Positions 30,785-32,000 of a stretch of DNA of 32,000 nt are shown here, piece by piece (within the stretch, counting starts at the first letter, position 1; each line of letters starts with the position of its first letter). Below the pieces are notes generated by a model. It was not told the DNA's origin. It did not search any database and was given only the letters and a program-made list of their open reading frames with translations. The DNA is taken from contig NZ_CP019384.1 of the NCBI RefSeq assembly GCF_004102945.1, forward strand, positions 1,290,001 to 1,322,000, given 5' to 3'. A program made the position numbers and the translations under genes. Source of the stretch: Candidatus Velamenicoccus archaeovorus (lineage in GTDB: Bacteria; Omnitrophota; Gorgyraeia; Velamenicoccales; Velamenicoccaceae).

Positions 30785-31826
30785 GTAATCTTCTCAGGTT
30801 GCGGCCAAAGGGCTTACGGATCAGACCTTTCTCCGTGATGATGGCAGAAATGAAAGAAGCGGGCGTGATATCAAAAGCCGGATTGAACACATGCACCCCC
30901 GTCGGGGCAATAGGCTTCTTAAAATAGAACGAAGTCACTTCCAGGGGATCCCTCTGCTCGATAGGGATCTCTTTGCCGCTCCCCAAAGACAAGTCCAGCG
31001 TCGAAGACGGCGCCACGCAATAAAACGGAATCTTGTGATAATAAGCCAGGACGGCAAGGCTGTAGGTGCCGATCTTATTGGCGAAATCGCCGTTGGCCGC
31101 AATGCGGTCTGCTCCAACAAAGACGGCATCGATCCGGCCCAGGCGCATCAGGTCGGCCGCCATATTATCGCAGATCAATGTCACGTCGATCTTGTTATGC
31201 AAGAGTTCCCATGTCGTCAACCGCGCCCCCTGCAGGAGCGGCCGCGTCTCACAGGCATAGACCTTGATGGATTTGCCTTCTTCGTGGGCGCGGTAAAAAA
31301 CGCCCAGGGCCGTGCCGTAACCGCTCGTCGCCAGGCCGCCGGCGTTACAAACGGTCAAAAGACTGTCGCCGTTCTTGACGAGGCAAGCGGCATGACGGCT
31401 CATCTGGAAACACATCCGGATGTCCTCGCTTAAAATAGCATCTGCTTCCTTTTTAAGGAACAGAAGAAGCCTTTTTTTATCCTCCCCCTCATGCGCTTCG
31501 ACGACACGGACCATGCGGCCCAGGGCCCAAAAGAGATTGACGGCTGTCGGCCTGGCAGAAGCCAGATACCTGCTGATCTTCCGGGCTTCTTGCAGGAGAC
31601 CCGGCCACGTTTTGACTTTAGACCTTCTCAGGCCGAGGACAAAACCCATGGCTGCGGCAATGCCGATCAGAGGCGCACCTCTCACTTTAAGTTTTTTGAC
31701 CGCCCGCCAGACGCTCGAGATATCCCTGCAGCCTTCATAGACCAGTTCCACCGGCAACTTTGTCTGGTCGATAATACAGATATGATCGCCTTCCCAAAAA
31801 ATAGGATTCACGAAGATGTTTTTCAT
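30759..31826 (-). CDS. mtnA: MtnA / eIF-2B alpha-beta-delta-related family isomerase (S-methyl-5-thioribose-1-phosphate isomerase or ribose-1,5-bisphosphate isomerase)
   Basis: MKNIFVNPIFWEGDHICIIDQTKLPVELVYEGC...VRGAPLIGIAAAMG...CNAGGLATSGYGTALG...VGADRIAANGDFANKIGTY is typical of the family. The start is ATG 31826. It overlaps thiL by 26 nt. Confidence 0.85.
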   Translation of the reverse strand: MKNIFVNPIFWEGDHICIIDQTKLPVELVYEGCRDISSVWRAVKKLKVRGAPLIGIAAAMGFVLGLRRSKVKTWPGLLQEARKISRYLASARPTAVNLFWALGRMVRVVEAHEGEDKKRLLLFLKKEADAILSEDIRMCFQMSRHAACLVKNGDSLLTVCNAGGLATSGYGTALGVFYRAHEEGKSIKVYACETRPLLQGARLTTWELLHNKIDVTLICDNMAADLMRLGRIDAVFVGADRIAANGDFANKIGTYSLAVLAYYHKIPFYCVAPSSTLDLSLGSGKEIPIEQRDPLEVTSFYFKKPIAPTGVHVFNPAFDITPASFISAIITEKGLIRKPFGRNLRRLHGRLSQKH

Positions 31827-32000
31827 CGTCGGGCTCGCTTTCCGGCGTTCTTGCACCACTTGAGCAGTTTCAAAAAAGAATTCTTGCGCACGTCTATCGC
31901 CCCATGGGGACAGACTTCCTGACAACACAAACACAGGATGCACCGCGACCGGCGAAAACGGACGCGTCCGGCGTCAAGGCGGATTGCTTCCGCCGGACAA
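31823..32000 (-). CDS. C-terminal end of a 4Fe-4S ferredoxin-domain protein (5' part outside the window)
   Basis: Hand translation gives ...CPAEAIRLDAGRVRFRRSRCILCLCCQEVCPHGAIDVRKNSFLKLLKWCKNAGKRARR*. It contains CxxCxxCxxxCP and the tail of a preceding cluster motif. The stop overlaps the mtnA start (ATGA). Confidence 0.7.
   Translation of the reverse strand, partial: CPAEAIRLDAGRVRFRRSRCILCLCCQEVCPHGAIDVRKNSFLKLLKWCKNAGKRARR

Overview
This is a GC-rich bacterial chromosomal segment made almost entirely of housekeeping genes. It is strongly strand-biased: 26 of 30 CDS and both tRNAs lie on the minus strand. The gene content includes LptF/LptG, a lipoprotein signal peptide, TsaB/TsaE, PNPase, Tex, RecJ, ArgRS, TrpBA, MgtA, PyrE, Alr, ThiL and an MtnA-like isomerase. 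That points to a diderm bacterium, but I cannot assign a taxon from sequence alone. I saw no CRISPR array, no transposase, integrase or phage genes, and no rRNA. Three genes are absent from the supplied ORF track and were recovered by hand translation. They are pnp (1-1925, runs off the left edge), a 46-aa zinc-ribbon gene (11920-12060, below the track size cutoff), and the C-terminal end of a 4Fe-4S protein (31823-32000, runs off the right edge). The unusual content is mostly non-coding. (i) At the tRNA-Leu/tRNA-Phe locus (16357-17138), each intact tRNA is followed by a 142- or 184-nt ORF-free insert. After the insert comes an exact copy of the tRNA's own 3' end, sitting against an AT-rich hairpin. 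This is an att-like signature of tiny or decayed integrative elements. A 13-nt copy of the tRNA-Phe 5' end lies upstream as well. (ii) There are several families of structured intergenic repeats: 9702-9830 matches 22460-22573, and 29609-29721 matches 29788-29868. GCCTGCC-stem hairpin cassettes are present or absent between otherwise matching repeat copies. A roughly 195-bp MITE-like palindrome lies at 27655-27850. (iii) Near-consensus sigma70 promoters sit only 6-8 nt from the start codons of arfB, pyrE and comF, suggesting leaderless mRNAs. (iv) An in-frame Maf::M48-lipoprotein ORF carries an internal signal peptide. (v) An uncharacterised membrane protein is translationally coupled between tsaE and tsaB. 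All structural claims come from reading the sequence by eye; no folding, alignment or database tool was run.
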